The notes beneath the pieces were generated by a model. It did no database searches, had not been told where the DNA came from, and saw nothing but the letters and a program-made list of their open reading frames with translations. From Escherichia coli (GTDB taxonomy: Bacteria > Pseudomonadota > Gammaproteobacteria > Enterobacterales > Enterobacteriaceae): a stretch of DNA of 64,000 bases. How positions within the stretch are numbered: the first letter of the stretch is position 1; each line of letters begins with the position of its first letter. The stretch lies in the NCBI RefSeq assembly GCF_044324875.1, contig NZ_CP172185.1; one strand, given 5' to 3'. Positions 1 to 10,918 of the stretch are shown here, piece by piece. The position numbers and the translations under genes are program-made.

Positions 1-828
1 CAGGAACTGCTGGAAGAGGCCCAGAAACTCGGTCTTGGCGCGCAGTTTGGCGGTAAATACTTCGCGCACGACATTCGCGTTATCCGTCTGCCACGTCACG
101 GCGCATCCTGCCCGGTAGGCATGGGCGTCTCCTGCTCCGCTGACCGCAACATTAAAGCGAAAATCAACCGCGAAGGTATCTGGATCGAAAAACTGGAACA
201 CAATCCAGGCCAGTACATTCCACAAGAACTGCGTCAGGCCGGTGAAGGCGAAGCGGTGAAAGTCGACCTTAACCGCCCGATGAAAGAGATCCTCGCCCAG
301 CTTTCGCAATACCCGGTATCCACCCGCTTGTCGCTCACCGGCACCATTATCGTGGGTCGAGATATTGCACACGCCAAGCTGAAAGAGCTGATTGACGCCG
401 GTAAAGAACTTCCGCAGTACATCAAAGATCACCCGATCTACTACGCGGGTCCGGCGAAAACCCCTGCCGGTTATCCATCAGGTTCACTTGGCCCAACCAC
501 CGCAGGTCGTATGGACTCCTACGTGGATCTGCTGCAATCCCACGGCGGCAGCATGATCATGCTGGCGAAAGGCAACCGCAGCCAGCAGGTTACCGACGCG
601 TGCCATAAACACGGCGGCTTTTACCTCGGTAGCATCGGCGGTCCAGCGGCGGTACTGGCGCAGCAGAGCATCAAGCATCTGGAATGCGTCGCTTATCCGG
701 AGCTGGGTATGGAAGCTATCTGGAAAATCGAAGTAGAAGATTTCCCGGCGTTTATCCTGGTCGATGACAAAGGCAACGACTTCTTCCAGCAAATCGTCAA
801 CAAACAGTGCGCGAACTGCACTAAGTAA
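1..828 (+). CDS. fumB: Class I fumarate hydratase, C-terminal part; 5' end lies upstream of the window
   Basis: Reading frame is open from base 1 to the stop at 826-828; the 235 aa shown match the C-terminus of Fe-S class I fumarase (ends NKQCANCTK). Position beside yjdF-melBA points to fumB rather than fumA. Confidence 0.85.
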   Translation, partial: QELLEEAQKLGLGAQFGGKYFAHDIRVIRLPRHGASCPVGMGVSCSADRNIKAKINREGIWIEKLEHNPGQYIPQELRQAGEGEAVKVDLNRPMKEILAQLSQYPVSTRLSLTGTIIVGRDIAHAKLKELIDAGKELPQYIKDHPIYYAGPAKTPAGYPSGSLGPTTAGRMDSYVDLLQSHGGSMIMLAKGNRSQQVTDACHKHGGFYLGSIGGPAAVLAQQSIKHLECVAYPELGMEAIWKIEVEDFPAFILVDDKGNDFFQQIVNKQCANCTK

Positions 829-950
829 CCTCTTCGGCCCAGCGCCTGGCAGCATGCTGCCAGGTGATCCCCCTGGGCCACCTCTTTTGCGATTGTAATT
901 TCACGCTTGCTGGTGAATAGTCAGTATTTTCCCTGACTTGCGAACTCACC

Positions 951-1580
951 ATGACCCGCACACTCAAGCCGTTAATTCTTAACACCGGCGCACTGGCGCT
1001 AACGTTAATCCTGATTTATACCGGCATTTCGGCCCATGACAAACTCACCTGGCTGATGGAAGTGACACCGGTGATTATTGTCGTGCCGCTACTGCTTGCC
1101 ACCGCCAGACGTTATCCGTTAACGCCGCTGCTCTATACGCTCATCTTCTTTCACGCCATCATCCTGATGGTCGGCGGGCAGTATACCTACGCGAAAGTGC
1201 CCATCGGTTTTGAGGTGCAAGAATGGCTGGGATTGAGCCGTAATCCGTATGACAAGCTGGGGCATTTTTTCCAGGGGCTGGTGCCTGCACTGGTGGCACG
1301 AGAAATTCTCGTTCGCGGGATGTACGTGCGCGGACGTAAAATGGTGGCGTTCCTGGTCTGCTGCGTGGCGCTGGCGATAAGCGCGATGTATGAGTTAATC
1401 GAGTGGTGGGCAGCGCTGGCAATGGGTCAGGGAGCGGATGATTTTCTCGGCACCCAGGGCGACCAGTGGGACACGCAATCCGATATGTTCTGCGCGCTGC
1501 TTGGCGCATTAACGACGGTGATATTTCTCGCTCGCTTTCATTGCCGCCAGCTACGGCGCTTTGGCTTGATAACCGGATAA
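951..1580 (+). CDS. yjdF: Inner membrane protein YjdF (DUF2238 family)
   Basis: 209 aa ORF with multiple hydrophobic helices; conserved neighbour of melB/fumB in E. coli. Confidence 0.8.
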   Translation: MTRTLKPLILNTGALALTLILIYTGISAHDKLTWLMEVTPVIIVVPLLLATARRYPLTPLLYTLIFFHAIILMVGGQYTYAKVPIGFEVQEWLGLSRNPYDKLGHFFQGLVPALVAREILVRGMYVRGRKMVAFLVCCVALAISAMYELIEWWAALAMGQGADDFLGTQGDQWDTQSDMFCALLGALTTVIFLARFHCRQLRRFGLITG

Positions 1581-1595
1581 CAACGTGCGCTTTGT

Positions 1596-1633
1596 TGACG
1601 CCGGATGCGGCGTGAATTCCTTATCCGGTCTAC
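1596..1633. repeat. REP (repetitive extragenic palindromic) element between convergent yjdF and melB
   Basis: gccggatgcggcgtgaa...ttatccggtctac motif typical of E. coli REP/PU sequences. Confidence 0.6.
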
Positions 1634-1718
1634 AAAATTTGCAAATCCAAAGCATTACATTAAGACATGGCCTGATAAACATATCGCATCAGGCCATTTT
1701 CGTTAGCTATTGTCCACG

Positions 1719-3140
1719 TCAGGCTTTCACATCACTCACTGCACCGACCGGAATATCAGCATGAACAGGCTCGGGCGGTACTTTGCGATATTTATCCAGC
1801 AGATGGATCTGGATCCTGCGCAGCGTGTCACCATTGAGGCGATAGAAACGGAAGTAGAGAATCAGCGTTACCATGAAAAACAGAGTCGGTAGAGCAATCA
1901 TAATAAACTGCATACCTAATAGGGCTTGCGTAGACTGTTCAACATTCGGTACATAGCCAATCATCCCTAACACAACCGCAATGAAAAAAGCCGCAAAGGC
2001 TGAACCGCCCTTCACCACCATAGTCTGCACGGAGTAAGCGATGCTTTCACAGCGTACGTGCAGTTTATATTCACCGTAATCAACGGTATCTGCCACCATG
2101 ATGACCTGTAATACCCAGAAAAGCGCCGTTCCCACATTCAGCAAGATACCCGCAATCACAATGAGGACGACGTTGTGATAGCTCATTAATGCCATTAACA
2201 GGAGAACACCACAGCTTAACACCGGAAGAATAGATGCTCCGGCCCATAAAATGCGTCGGGATAATGATTTAACTAAGCGTGGGAAGAATACTAACGTCAC
2301 CAGGTTAGCAGCTCCCGCATACGACAGATAATAGGGGAACAAATCCGCATCACCGATAACATATGAGAAATAATAGATAGCAAAGCCGGTAATAATATTG
2401 CTGGCTACATTATAAGCAAGAGCCATACCCAAGAGGCATGAAAGCTGATCGTTTTTATAAATAAGCGCAACGATGGCTTTAAGTGTCAGATGGCTTCCTT
2501 CAGCAGACGGTTGATTGTCTGACGAAAAGACTTCATGCACATTGCGCAGAGTGATGATGGTTGAAACAATAAAAAAGGCGATCAGTACCAGAGTGAACAT
2601 CTGAAAGCCAAATCCCCGATCGCCACCGCCGACATAATTAACAAATGGTAGCGTCACACCTGCCGTAACAAAGCCCGCCAGACTGGCAAAAAAACGCGGA
2701 TAAGGAACCAGTTGTTCGCGCTCACGTTTATCGAGCGTTATGGTTGGAACCAGCGACCAGAAGGGAATATCCATAATGGTGTAAGTCATGCCCCAGAGGA
2801 TGTAGGTCACGCAAACAAAGACAATCTGAGTAGTACCTTCAAACAGATGCGCACTAAAGAGGAGAAATAAGATTACAGAGTTTGCCAACGTACCGATCAG
2901 GATCCAGGGTTTGAACTGACCCCATCGCGATCGCGTAGCATTTACAATCCATCCCATAATCGGATCGTTAATAGCATCCCAGATCCTCGCCACCAGAAAC
3001 AAAGTACCGACCAAACCCACAGACAGCCCGACGACATCGGTGTAGTAATACATGAGGTACATATACACAATGCCGATCGCAAAATCCTTCCCGAACGCTC
3101 CAAATCCATAACTGAGTTTTGTAGTCATTGAAATGCTCAT
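1719..3140 (-). CDS. melB: Melibiose:cation symporter (GPH family)
   Basis: N-terminus [20 protein letters not shown]... recognised as MelB; start taken at the internal ATG (ORF track extends 8 codons further to 3164). Confidence 0.95.
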   Translation of the reverse strand: MSISMTTKLSYGFGAFGKDFAIGIVYMYLMYYYTDVVGLSVGLVGTLFLVARIWDAINDPIMGWIVNATRSRWGQFKPWILIGTLANSVILFLLFSAHLFEGTTQIVFVCVTYILWGMTYTIMDIPFWSLVPTITLDKREREQLVPYPRFFASLAGFVTAGVTLPFVNYVGGGDRGFGFQMFTLVLIAFFIVSTIITLRNVHEVFSSDNQPSAEGSHLTLKAIVALIYKNDQLSCLLGMALAYNVASNIITGFAIYYFSYVIGDADLFPYYLSYAGAANLVTLVFFPRLVKSLSRRILWAGASILPVLSCGVLLLMALMSYHNVVLIVIAGILLNVGTALFWVLQVIMVADTVDYGEYKLHVRCESIAYSVQTMVVKGGSAFAAFFIAVVLGMIGYVPNVEQSTQALLGMQFIMIALPTLFFMVTLILYFRFYRLNGDTLRRIQIHLLDKYRKVPPEPVHADIPVGAVSDVKA

Positions 3141-3242
3141 AGGGTATCGGGTCGCTGTTACCAACGCCCGCCTTCTGTTATTGGTATCGTCAGAGGTGTG
3201 CGCCGGAATAAATCCCCCGGCGCAGTAGCGTTTAGTCGCATT

Positions 3243-4598
3243 TTAACGGTGCAACCAGCCAGGCAGCCAGTCGCCGTGGGCAGCAATCAAGTCGTCAACA
3301 AGAGCATATATTTCGTCAATGCCCAGCACGGCGGCAGTATGCGGGTCCATCATCGCGGCGTGGTAAACACGGTCGCGATTTTCCGTAAGAATGGCTTCGG
3401 TCAGCAGCGTCTGTACGTTGATGTTGGTTTGCATCAGGGCGGCCAGATGCGAAGGTAGCGTACCGACTTTGGTCGGCTGAATGCCATTAGCATCAACCAG
3501 ACAGGCCACTTCCACACAACATCCTTGTGGCAGGTTATCAATCAATCCATCGTTACGGACGTTGCCGTAAATCACACTCGGCTCGCCAGTCCAGATAGCG
3601 TTCATGATTGTGCTGGCATATTCCCGTGACGGTTTAATATCAATCCAGGAGGCGTTTTTATACTCCTCCAGCTCTTTATGCCAGTTCGCCAGCTGCTCGA
3701 CGCAGCGTTTCGGGTACTCATCCAGCGGTACTTTATAACGCTCAATCAAATCCTCACGACCTGGCTTAATGAACCACGGTGTGTACTCAGCAAAATGTTC
3801 TGACGATTCCGTGACGAAGTAGCCCAGCTTTTTGAACATTTCATAGCGCACAATATTCTGGCAGCGAGTATTGCCATGAATATTCGGCTTCGGTGCCTGC
3901 CCTGCTTCATAAGCCGCCAGCAGTTCCGGGTAGAGATTCACGTAACTGCCGTCGGCGGTTTTGCGCTCCAGTTCCAGGTAAAACGCCATATGGTTGATAC
4001 CTGCGCAACGGTAACGCAGCGTAGCCGGGTCGATATTGAGGTCACGCGCCAGTTCTTCCGCCGTTCCCTGCACCGAATGGCACAGCCCTACCTGTTTGAT
4101 ATGCGGATAGCGGGCATACATCGCCCAGGTATTCATCGCCATTGGGTTAACGTAGTTGAGCATGGTGGCATCGGGGCAGACTTCCGTCATGTCCTCGCAA
4201 ATTTGCCACAGGTGCGGAATGGTACGTAGCGCGCGCATAATACCGCCCGGCCCCAACGTATCGGCAATGGTTTGTTCCAGACCATGCCGCTTACAGACCT
4301 CGAAATCAGTCACCGTGCAAGGTTCATAACCGCCAATCTGAAATGCCACCACCACAAAATCGGCATCCTGTAAGGCTTCTTTCTGTTGGGTGTGGCAGGT
4401 GATTTTGCCGCTGGCCCCTGCTGAATCCATCAGCTTACGCACCACAATGTGCGACTCTTCCAGGCGGGTGGGATCAATGTCCATCAGGGCAATATGCGCC
4501 GTTTTCAGCGCCTCGCGATGGAACACATCACCAAGAATATTTTTAACGAAAATCGTCGAACCAGCGCCGATAAATGTAATTTTGGGTGCAGACATCAT
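3243..4598 (-). CDS. melA: Alpha-galactosidase (GH4, NAD/Mn dependent)
   Basis: 451 aa; N-terminal MMSAPKITFIGAGSTIF Rossmann motif typical of GH4; immediately upstream of melB in an operon. Confidence 0.95.
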   Translation of the reverse strand: MMSAPKITFIGAGSTIFVKNILGDVFHREALKTAHIALMDIDPTRLEESHIVVRKLMDSAGASGKITCHTQQKEALQDADFVVVAFQIGGYEPCTVTDFEVCKRHGLEQTIADTLGPGGIMRALRTIPHLWQICEDMTEVCPDATMLNYVNPMAMNTWAMYARYPHIKQVGLCHSVQGTAEELARDLNIDPATLRYRCAGINHMAFYLELERKTADGSYVNLYPELLAAYEAGQAPKPNIHGNTRCQNIVRYEMFKKLGYFVTESSEHFAEYTPWFIKPGREDLIERYKVPLDEYPKRCVEQLANWHKELEEYKNASWIDIKPSREYASTIMNAIWTGEPSVIYGNVRNDGLIDNLPQGCCVEVACLVDANGIQPTKVGTLPSHLAALMQTNINVQTLLTEAILTENRDRVYHAAMMDPHTAAVLGIDEIYALVDDLIAAHGDWLPGWLHR

Positions 4599-4880
4599 GC
4601 AGATCTCCTGGCTTGCTTGAATAACTTCATCATGGCAGGCGAATCTGCAGAAAACCTCCGGCTTCCAGGTTGAGCATTCCCATAAACTCAGATCCTACGT
4701 GAAGCATCAATAAATCTGAGTTTATGGGAATAAATTACCTGAAAAGCAGAGTTTTCGGCCTCATGATGCTCGGACGCTCCCCTCGCCGCTGTGGGAAGAG
4801 GGTGAAAACCGTGCTCCCACTCGCAGTCATCCTCCCTCACTCCTGCCATAATTCTGATATTCCAGGAAAGAGAGCCATCC
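4599..4880. promoter_or_regulatory. Divergent melR / melAB control region
   Basis: Non-coding spacer between divergently transcribed melA and melR; known from literature to carry MelR and CRP sites. Individual sites not mapped here. Confidence 0.5.
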
Positions 4881-5789
4881 ATGAATACAGATACGTTTAT
4901 GTGCAGCAGCGACGAAAAACAGACCCGCAGCCCGCTGTCGCTGTATTCGGAATACCAGCGGATGGAGATTGAGTTTCGCGCACCGCATATCATGCCCACC
5001 AGCCACTGGCATGGCCAGGTCGAAGTGAATGTGCCTTTCGATGGCGATGTGGAATACCTGATCAACAATGGAAAAGTGAATATCAATCAGGGTCATATCA
5101 CGCTGTTCTGGGCCTGTACACCGCACCAACTAACAGATACAGGAACCTGTCAGAGCATGGCGATTTTTAATCTGCCGATGCATCTGTTTCTCTCCTGGCC
5201 GCTGGATAAAGACCTGATTAACCACGTCACTCACGGCATGGTGATCAAATCACTGGCCACACAGCAACTTAGCCCGTTTGAAGTGCGCCGCTGGCAGCAG
5301 GAATTGAACAGTCCGAACGAGCAAATTCGCCAGCTCGCCATTGATGAAATTGGCCTGATGCTCAAGCGATTTAGCCTCTCTGGCTGGGAACCGATTCTGG
5401 TCAATAAAACCTCGCGCACACACAAAAACAGCGTCTCGCGCCATGCGCAATTTTATGTTAGCCAGATGCTGGGCTTTATTGCCGAAAACTATGATCAGGC
5501 GCTGACCATCAACGATGTGGCTGAGCACGTCAAACTTAACGCCAACTATGCAATGGGGATATTCCAGCGGGTCATGCAATTGACGATGAAACAGTACATA
5601 ACCGCGATGCGCATCAACCACGTTCGCGCGTTACTGAGCGATACCGATAAAAGTATTCTCGATATTGCCCTGACGGCAGGCTTTCGTTCAAGTAGTCGTT
5701 TTTACAGCACGTTCGGCAAATATGTCGGCATGTCGCCGCAACAATACCGCAAACTTAGCCAACAGCGCCGCCAGACGTTTCCCGGCTAA
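4881..5789 (+). CDS. melR: AraC-family melibiose operon activator
   Basis: 302 aa; C-terminal AraC-type HTH region (…ITAMRINHVRALLSDTDKSILDIALTAGFRSSSRFYSTF…). Confidence 0.9.
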   Translation: MNTDTFMCSSDEKQTRSPLSLYSEYQRMEIEFRAPHIMPTSHWHGQVEVNVPFDGDVEYLINNGKVNINQGHITLFWACTPHQLTDTGTCQSMAIFNLPMHLFLSWPLDKDLINHVTHGMVIKSLATQQLSPFEVRRWQQELNSPNEQIRQLAIDEIGLMLKRFSLSGWEPILVNKTSRTHKNSVSRHAQFYVSQMLGFIAENYDQALTINDVAEHVKLNANYAMGIFQRVMQLTMKQYITAMRINHVRALLSDTDKSILDIALTAGFRSSSRFYSTFGKYVGMSPQQYRKLSQQRRQTFPG

Positions 5790-5984
5790 AGACGATATCA
5801 GTATCAGCCAAAAAAATAGTTTAGCCGTCGATAATAAGCAGTGAAAATAATTTAAAATAATCACATAACATATTGTTTATAAAAACAAATATTTCAAAAA
5901 TGTTTGTTTTTCACGCGCTTTACAGCCCGAAAAGGCCGGAAGATACTTGCCCGCAACGAAGATTCCTTCATAACCGGGTAAGCA

Positions 5985-8255
5985 ATGATGAAAGTATTAA
6001 TTGTTGAAAGCGAGTTTCTCCATCAAGACACCTGGGTCGGTAACGCCGTTGAGCGTCTGGCAGATGCTTTAAGCCAGCAAAATGTTACCGTGATTAAATC
6101 CACCTCCTTTGATGATGGTTTTGCCATTCTCTCTTCAAACGAAGCCATTGACTGCCTGATGTTCAGCTATCAAATGGAACATCCGGACGAACATCAAAAC
6201 GTCAGACAATTGATCGGTAAGCTTCATGAGCGCCAACAAAACGTGCCGGTCTTCCTGTTGGGCGATCGGGAAAAAGCCCTCGCCGCAATGGACCGGGATC
6301 TGCTGGAGCTTGTCGATGAATTCGCCTGGATTCTGGAAGATACCGCCGACTTTATCGCCGGACGCGCCGTTGCCGCGATGACCCGCTACCGCCAGCAACT
6401 GTTGCCGCCACTGTTCAGCGCGCTGATGAAATATAGCGACATCCATGAATATTCCTGGGCAGCGCCAGGCCACCAGGGCGGCGTTGGTTTTACCAAAACA
6501 CCCGCCGGACGTTTCTACCATGACTACTATGGTGAAAATCTGTTCCGCACCGACATGGGCATCGAACGAACTTCCCTCGGTTCTTTGCTTGACCATACTG
6601 GCGCATTTGGCGAAAGCGAAAAATATGCTGCACGCGTATTTGGTGCCGATCGCTCCTGGTCGGTAGTCGTCGGTACTTCCGGCTCTAACCGCACCATCAT
6701 GCAGGCTTGCATGACCGATAACGATATCGTGGTCGTTGACCGTAACTGCCATAAATCCATCGAACAAGGCTTGATGCTGACAGGCGCGAAACCGGTCTAC
6801 ATGGTGCCAAGCCGCAACCGCTATGGCATTATCGGGCCAATCTATCCGCAGGAAATGCAACCTGAAACCTTGCAGAAGAAAATCAGTGAAAGCCCGCTGA
6901 CTAAAGACAAAGCCGGGCAAAAACCGTCTTACTGCGTAGTGACCAACTGTACCTATGACGGCGTGTGTTATAACGCTAAAGAAGCGCAGGATCTGCTGGA
7001 AAAAACCTCCGATCGTCTGCACTTTGACGAAGCCTGGTACGGCTATGCACGTTTCAACCCGATCTATGCCGATCACTATGCCATGCGCGGCGAACCTGGC
7101 GATCACAACGGTCCTACCGTTTTCGCCACCCACTCCACCCACAAACTGCTGAATGCGCTGTCACAGGCCTCTTATATTCATGTACGTGAAGGTCGTGGGG
7201 CGATTAACTTCTCCCGCTTCAACCAGGCCTACATGATGCATGCCACCACCTCCCCGCTGTATGCCATCTGCGCATCCAACGACGTGGCGGTGTCGATGAT
7301 GGACGGCAACAGCGGCCTGTCACTGACGCAGGAAGTGATCGACGAAGCGGTTGATTTCCGTCAGGCGATGGCGCGACTGTATAAAGAGTTCACCGCTGAC
7401 GGTAGCTGGTTCTTCAAACCGTGGAACAAAGAAGTCGTCACCGACCCACAAACCGGCAAAACCTATGACTTTGCTGACGCACCAACCAAACTGCTGACCA
7501 CCGTTCAGGACTGCTGGGTCATGCATCCGGGCGAAAGCTGGCACGGCTTCAAAGATATTCCGGATAACTGGAGTATGCTCGACCCGATTAAAGTCAGCAT
7601 CCTTGCTCCGGGAATGGGTGAAGATGGTGAACTGGAAGAAACCGGCGTTCCAGCGGCGCTGGTCACTGCCTGGCTTGGTCGCCACGGCATTGTGCCTACC
7701 CGCACCACTGACTTCCAAATTATGTTCCTGTTCTCTATGGGCGTAACCCGTGGGAAATGGGGGACTCTGGTTAACACCCTTTGCTCCTTCAAACGCCACT
7801 ATGACGCCAACACACCGCTGGCGCAGGTGATGCCGGAACTTGTTGAACAATATCCTGACACTTACGCGAACATGGGGATTCACGATCTGGGTGACACCAT
7901 GTTTGCCTGGCTGAAAGAAAACAACCCTGGCGCACGGTTGAACGAAGCCTATTCCGGCCTACCGGTGGCGGAAATCACCCCGCGAGAAGCGTACAACGCG
8001 ATTGTCGACAACAATGTCGAACTGGTATCCATTGAAAACCTACCAGGACGCATCGCGGCAAACTCAGTTATCCCGTATCCGCCAGGAATCCCGATGCTGC
8101 TGTCTGGTGAAAACTTCGGCGATAAAAACAGTCCGCAAGTAAGTTATTTACGCTCGCTGCAATCCTGGGACCATCATTTCCCTGGATTTGAACACGAAAC
8201 TGAAGGGACTGAAATTATTGACGGTATTTACCACGTTATGTGTGTGAAAGCGTAA
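5985..8255 (+). CDS. adiA: Biodegradative (acid-inducible) arginine decarboxylase, PLP-dependent
   Basis: 756 aa; N-terminal wing domain MKVLIVESEF..., PLP-lysine context FATHSTHKLLNALSQAS. Start may be the second ATG at 5988. Confidence 0.95.
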   Translation: MMKVLIVESEFLHQDTWVGNAVERLADALSQQNVTVIKSTSFDDGFAILSSNEAIDCLMFSYQMEHPDEHQNVRQLIGKLHERQQNVPVFLLGDREKALAAMDRDLLELVDEFAWILEDTADFIAGRAVAAMTRYRQQLLPPLFSALMKYSDIHEYSWAAPGHQGGVGFTKTPAGRFYHDYYGENLFRTDMGIERTSLGSLLDHTGAFGESEKYAARVFGADRSWSVVVGTSGSNRTIMQACMTDNDIVVVDRNCHKSIEQGLMLTGAKPVYMVPSRNRYGIIGPIYPQEMQPETLQKKISESPLTKDKAGQKPSYCVVTNCTYDGVCYNAKEAQDLLEKTSDRLHFDEAWYGYARFNPIYADHYAMRGEPGDHNGPTVFATHSTHKLLNALSQASYIHVREGRGAINFSRFNQAYMMHATTSPLYAICASNDVAVSMMDGNSGLSLTQEVIDEAVDFRQAMARLYKEFTADGSWFFKPWNKEVVTDPQTGKTYDFADAPTKLLTTVQDCWVMHPGESWHGFKDIPDNWSMLDPIKVSILAPGMGEDGELEETGVPAALVTAWLGRHGIVPTRTTDFQIMFLFSMGVTRGKWGTLVNTLCSFKRHYDANTPLAQVMPELVEQYPDTYANMGIHDLGDTMFAWLKENNPGARLNEAYSGLPVAEITPREAYNAIVDNNVELVSIENLPGRIAANSVIPYPPGIPMLLSGENFGDKNSPQVSYLRSLQSWDHHFPGFEHETEGTEIIDGIYHVMCVKA

Positions 8256-8579
8256 CCACTATTCCGCTGAAGGCGTAATTGTTTAAATAACATTACGCCG
8301 CCTGGCCTTAGGCCTTTTGAGTATGGCAACGTTTTCATAAAAATTGCTGCAAACAAAAATGTCATACTTTTTGCGCGGCCCCATCCCGCGCTTTTTTTTG
8401 CCTGTTATTTACCCTGTAAAAAAATATGTACATGAGAAATTACTATAAAAATTTGTAATATTAGTAAAACTCGTTATTTTTATGCATGTTTATATTCATC
8501 ATACAATTATATAACCATTTCCCGGTATCGCTTTGCTTTAGCGAGAACTGGTCTTTTATTCGCACTCAGGAGTACATGT

Positions 8580-9341
8580 ATGAGGATTTGCAGCGACCAA
8601 CCTTGTATTGTTTTATTGACTGAAAAAGATGTCTGGATAAGGGTGAATGGGAAAGAACCTATTAGCCTTAAAGCTAACCATATGGCGTTATTAAATTGTG
8701 AAAATAATATTATCGACGTCTCCTCTCTTAATAACACTTTGGTTGCTCATATTAGTCACGACATCATCAAAGATTACCTCCGGTTTCTGAATAAAGATCT
8801 CTCGCAAATACCAGTATGGCAACGTAGCGCTACGCCCATCCTCACCCTGCCATGCCTGACGCCAGACGTCTTTCGCGTTGCCGCGCAACATAGCATGATG
8901 CCCGCTGAAACTGAGTCAGAAAAGGAACGAACACGTGCATTATTATTCACTGTGCTATCCCGTTTTCTCGACAGTAAAAAATTCCTTTCATTAATGATGT
9001 ATATGTTACGTAATTGTGTAAGTGACAGCGTTTATCAAATTATTGAAAGCGATATCCACAAAGACTGGAATCTTAGTATGGTAGCCAGTTGTTTATGTCT
9101 TAGCCCAAGTCTGTTAAAGAAAAAGCTGAAAAGCGAAAACACCAGTTATAGCCAAATAATCACCACCTGCCGCATGCGTTATGCCGTCAATGAATTAATG
9201 ATGGACGGTAAAAATATCTCTCAGGTATCACAATCCTGCGGCTACAACAGTACGTCGTACTTTATTTCTGTCTTTAAAGACTTCTACGGTATGACGCCTC
9301 TGCATTATGTTAGTCAGCACAGAGAACGCACTGTCGCCTGA
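8580..9341 (+). CDS. adiY: AraC-family regulator of the adi system
   Basis: 253 aa, AT-rich gene, C-terminal AraC HTH; located between adiA and adiC. Confidence 0.9.
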   Translation: MRICSDQPCIVLLTEKDVWIRVNGKEPISLKANHMALLNCENNIIDVSSLNNTLVAHISHDIIKDYLRFLNKDLSQIPVWQRSATPILTLPCLTPDVFRVAAQHSMMPAETESEKERTRALLFTVLSRFLDSKKFLSLMMYMLRNCVSDSVYQIIESDIHKDWNLSMVASCLCLSPSLLKKKLKSENTSYSQIITTCRMRYAVNELMMDGKNISQVSQSCGYNSTSYFISVFKDFYGMTPLHYVSQHRERTVA

Positions 9342-9477
9342 TTTTTAACCTTAACGAAGAGCTATATTAATAACGGCATCAGCGATAACCCGGTCGATAA
9401 TAATTCAACTATCGAATGCAGGCGTATGATATGACGTAATTTATTGTCACGAAGCTCGCCTTCGCGGGAGTTTAATT

Positions 9478-10815
9478 ATGTCTTCGGATGCTGATGCTCA
9501 CAAAGTGGGCTTAATCCCCGTCACCCTGATGGTGTCGGGGAATATTATGGGGTCAGGTGTTTTTCTGTTACCTGCAAACCTGGCCTCTACTGGCGGGATT
9601 GCCATTTATGGATGGTTGGTGACGATTATCGGTGCGCTGGGGCTCTCGATGGTATACGCCAAAATGTCGTTCCTCGACCCAAGTCCTGGTGGTTCTTACG
9701 CTTACGCCCGCCGCTGCTTTGGGCCGTTTCTCGGTTATCAAACCAACGTCCTCTACTGGCTGGCCTGCTGGATCGGCAATATCGCCATGGTGGTCATTGG
9801 CGTAGGATATTTAAGTTACTTCTTCCCGATTCTGAAAGATCCACTGGTATTAACCATCACCTGCGTCGTGGTGCTGTGGATCTTCGTCCTGCTGAACATT
9901 GTCGGTCCGAAAATGATCACCCGTGTGCAGGCCGTTGCCACCGTGCTGGCGCTGATCCCCATCGTCGGGATTGCCGTATTTGGCTGGTTCTGGTTCCGTG
10001 GTGAAACCTATATGGCGGCATGGAACGTCAGCGGCCTGGGCACCTTCGGCGCGATTCAAAGTACCCTTAACGTTACGCTGTGGTCGTTCATCGGTGTGGA
10101 AAGTGCCTCCGTTGCCGCAGGTGTGGTGAAAAACCCGAAACGCAACGTCCCTATCGCCACCATTGGTGGGGTATTGATTGCCGCCGTTTGCTATGTGCTC
10201 TCCACCACCGCGATTATGGGGATGATCCCTAATGCCGCACTGCGCGTTTCTGCCTCGCCATTCGGTGATGCCGCACGGATGGCGTTGGGTGACACCGCCG
10301 GGGCCATTGTTTCCTTCTGCGCAGCTGCGGGTTGCTTAGGTTCACTGGGCGGCTGGACGTTGCTGGCGGGTCAAACGGCGAAAGCCGCTGCCGATGACGG
10401 ACTGTTCCCACCGATTTTTGCCCGTGTAAATAAAGCGGGTACGCCAGTGGCAGGGCTGATTATCGTCGGTATTTTGATGACCATCTTCCAGCTCAGTAGC
10501 ATTTCGCCAAACGCGACCAAAGAATTCGGTCTGGTGTCTTCCGTGTCGGTCATCTTTACACTGGTGCCATATCTTTACACCTGTGCGGCATTACTGCTGC
10601 TCGGCCACGGTCACTTTGGTAAAGCACGCCCGGCATACCTGGCAGTTACTACCATTGCCTTCCTCTACTGCATCTGGGCCGTAGTAGGGTCCGGCGCAAA
10701 AGAGGTTATGTGGTCATTTGTCACTCTGATGGTAATCACCGCCATGTATGCGCTGAATTACAACCGGCTGCATAAAAACCCGTATCCCTTAGATGCACCA
10801 ATAAGCAAAGATTAA
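9478..10815 (+). CDS. adiC: Arginine:agmatine antiporter (APC superfamily)
   Basis: 445 aa polytopic membrane protein, N-terminus [36 protein letters not shown] recognised as AdiC. Confidence 0.95.
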
Positions 10816-10839
10816 TTCCCCTTAATCAAGCAAACATAA

Positions 10840-10869
10840 AAGCCAACCTTAAGAACTTAAGGTTGGCTT
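10840..10869 (+). terminator. Perfect palindrome followed by T-rich tract; likely adiC terminator
   Basis: aagccaaccttaag aa cttaaggttggctt followed by aattttgcttt. Confidence 0.55.
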
Positions 10870-10872
10870 AAT
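10856..10872 (+). promoter_or_regulatory. Candidate BasR/PmrA box upstream of eptA
   Basis: CTTAAG-gttgg-CTTAAT, two hexamers with 5-bp spacer, about 47 bp upstream of the eptA ATG; overlaps the terminator palindrome. Confidence 0.45.
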
Positions 10873-10918
10873 TTTGCTTTGCGAGCATATGCGCACTTTG
10901 TTCGATGGAAACACCGTG

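Noticed and set aside
6135-7142. 335-aa ORF antisense to adiA
   Set aside because: Fully contained within and opposite to a strongly recognised gene; composition typical of antisense-frame artefacts in GC-rich coding DNA.
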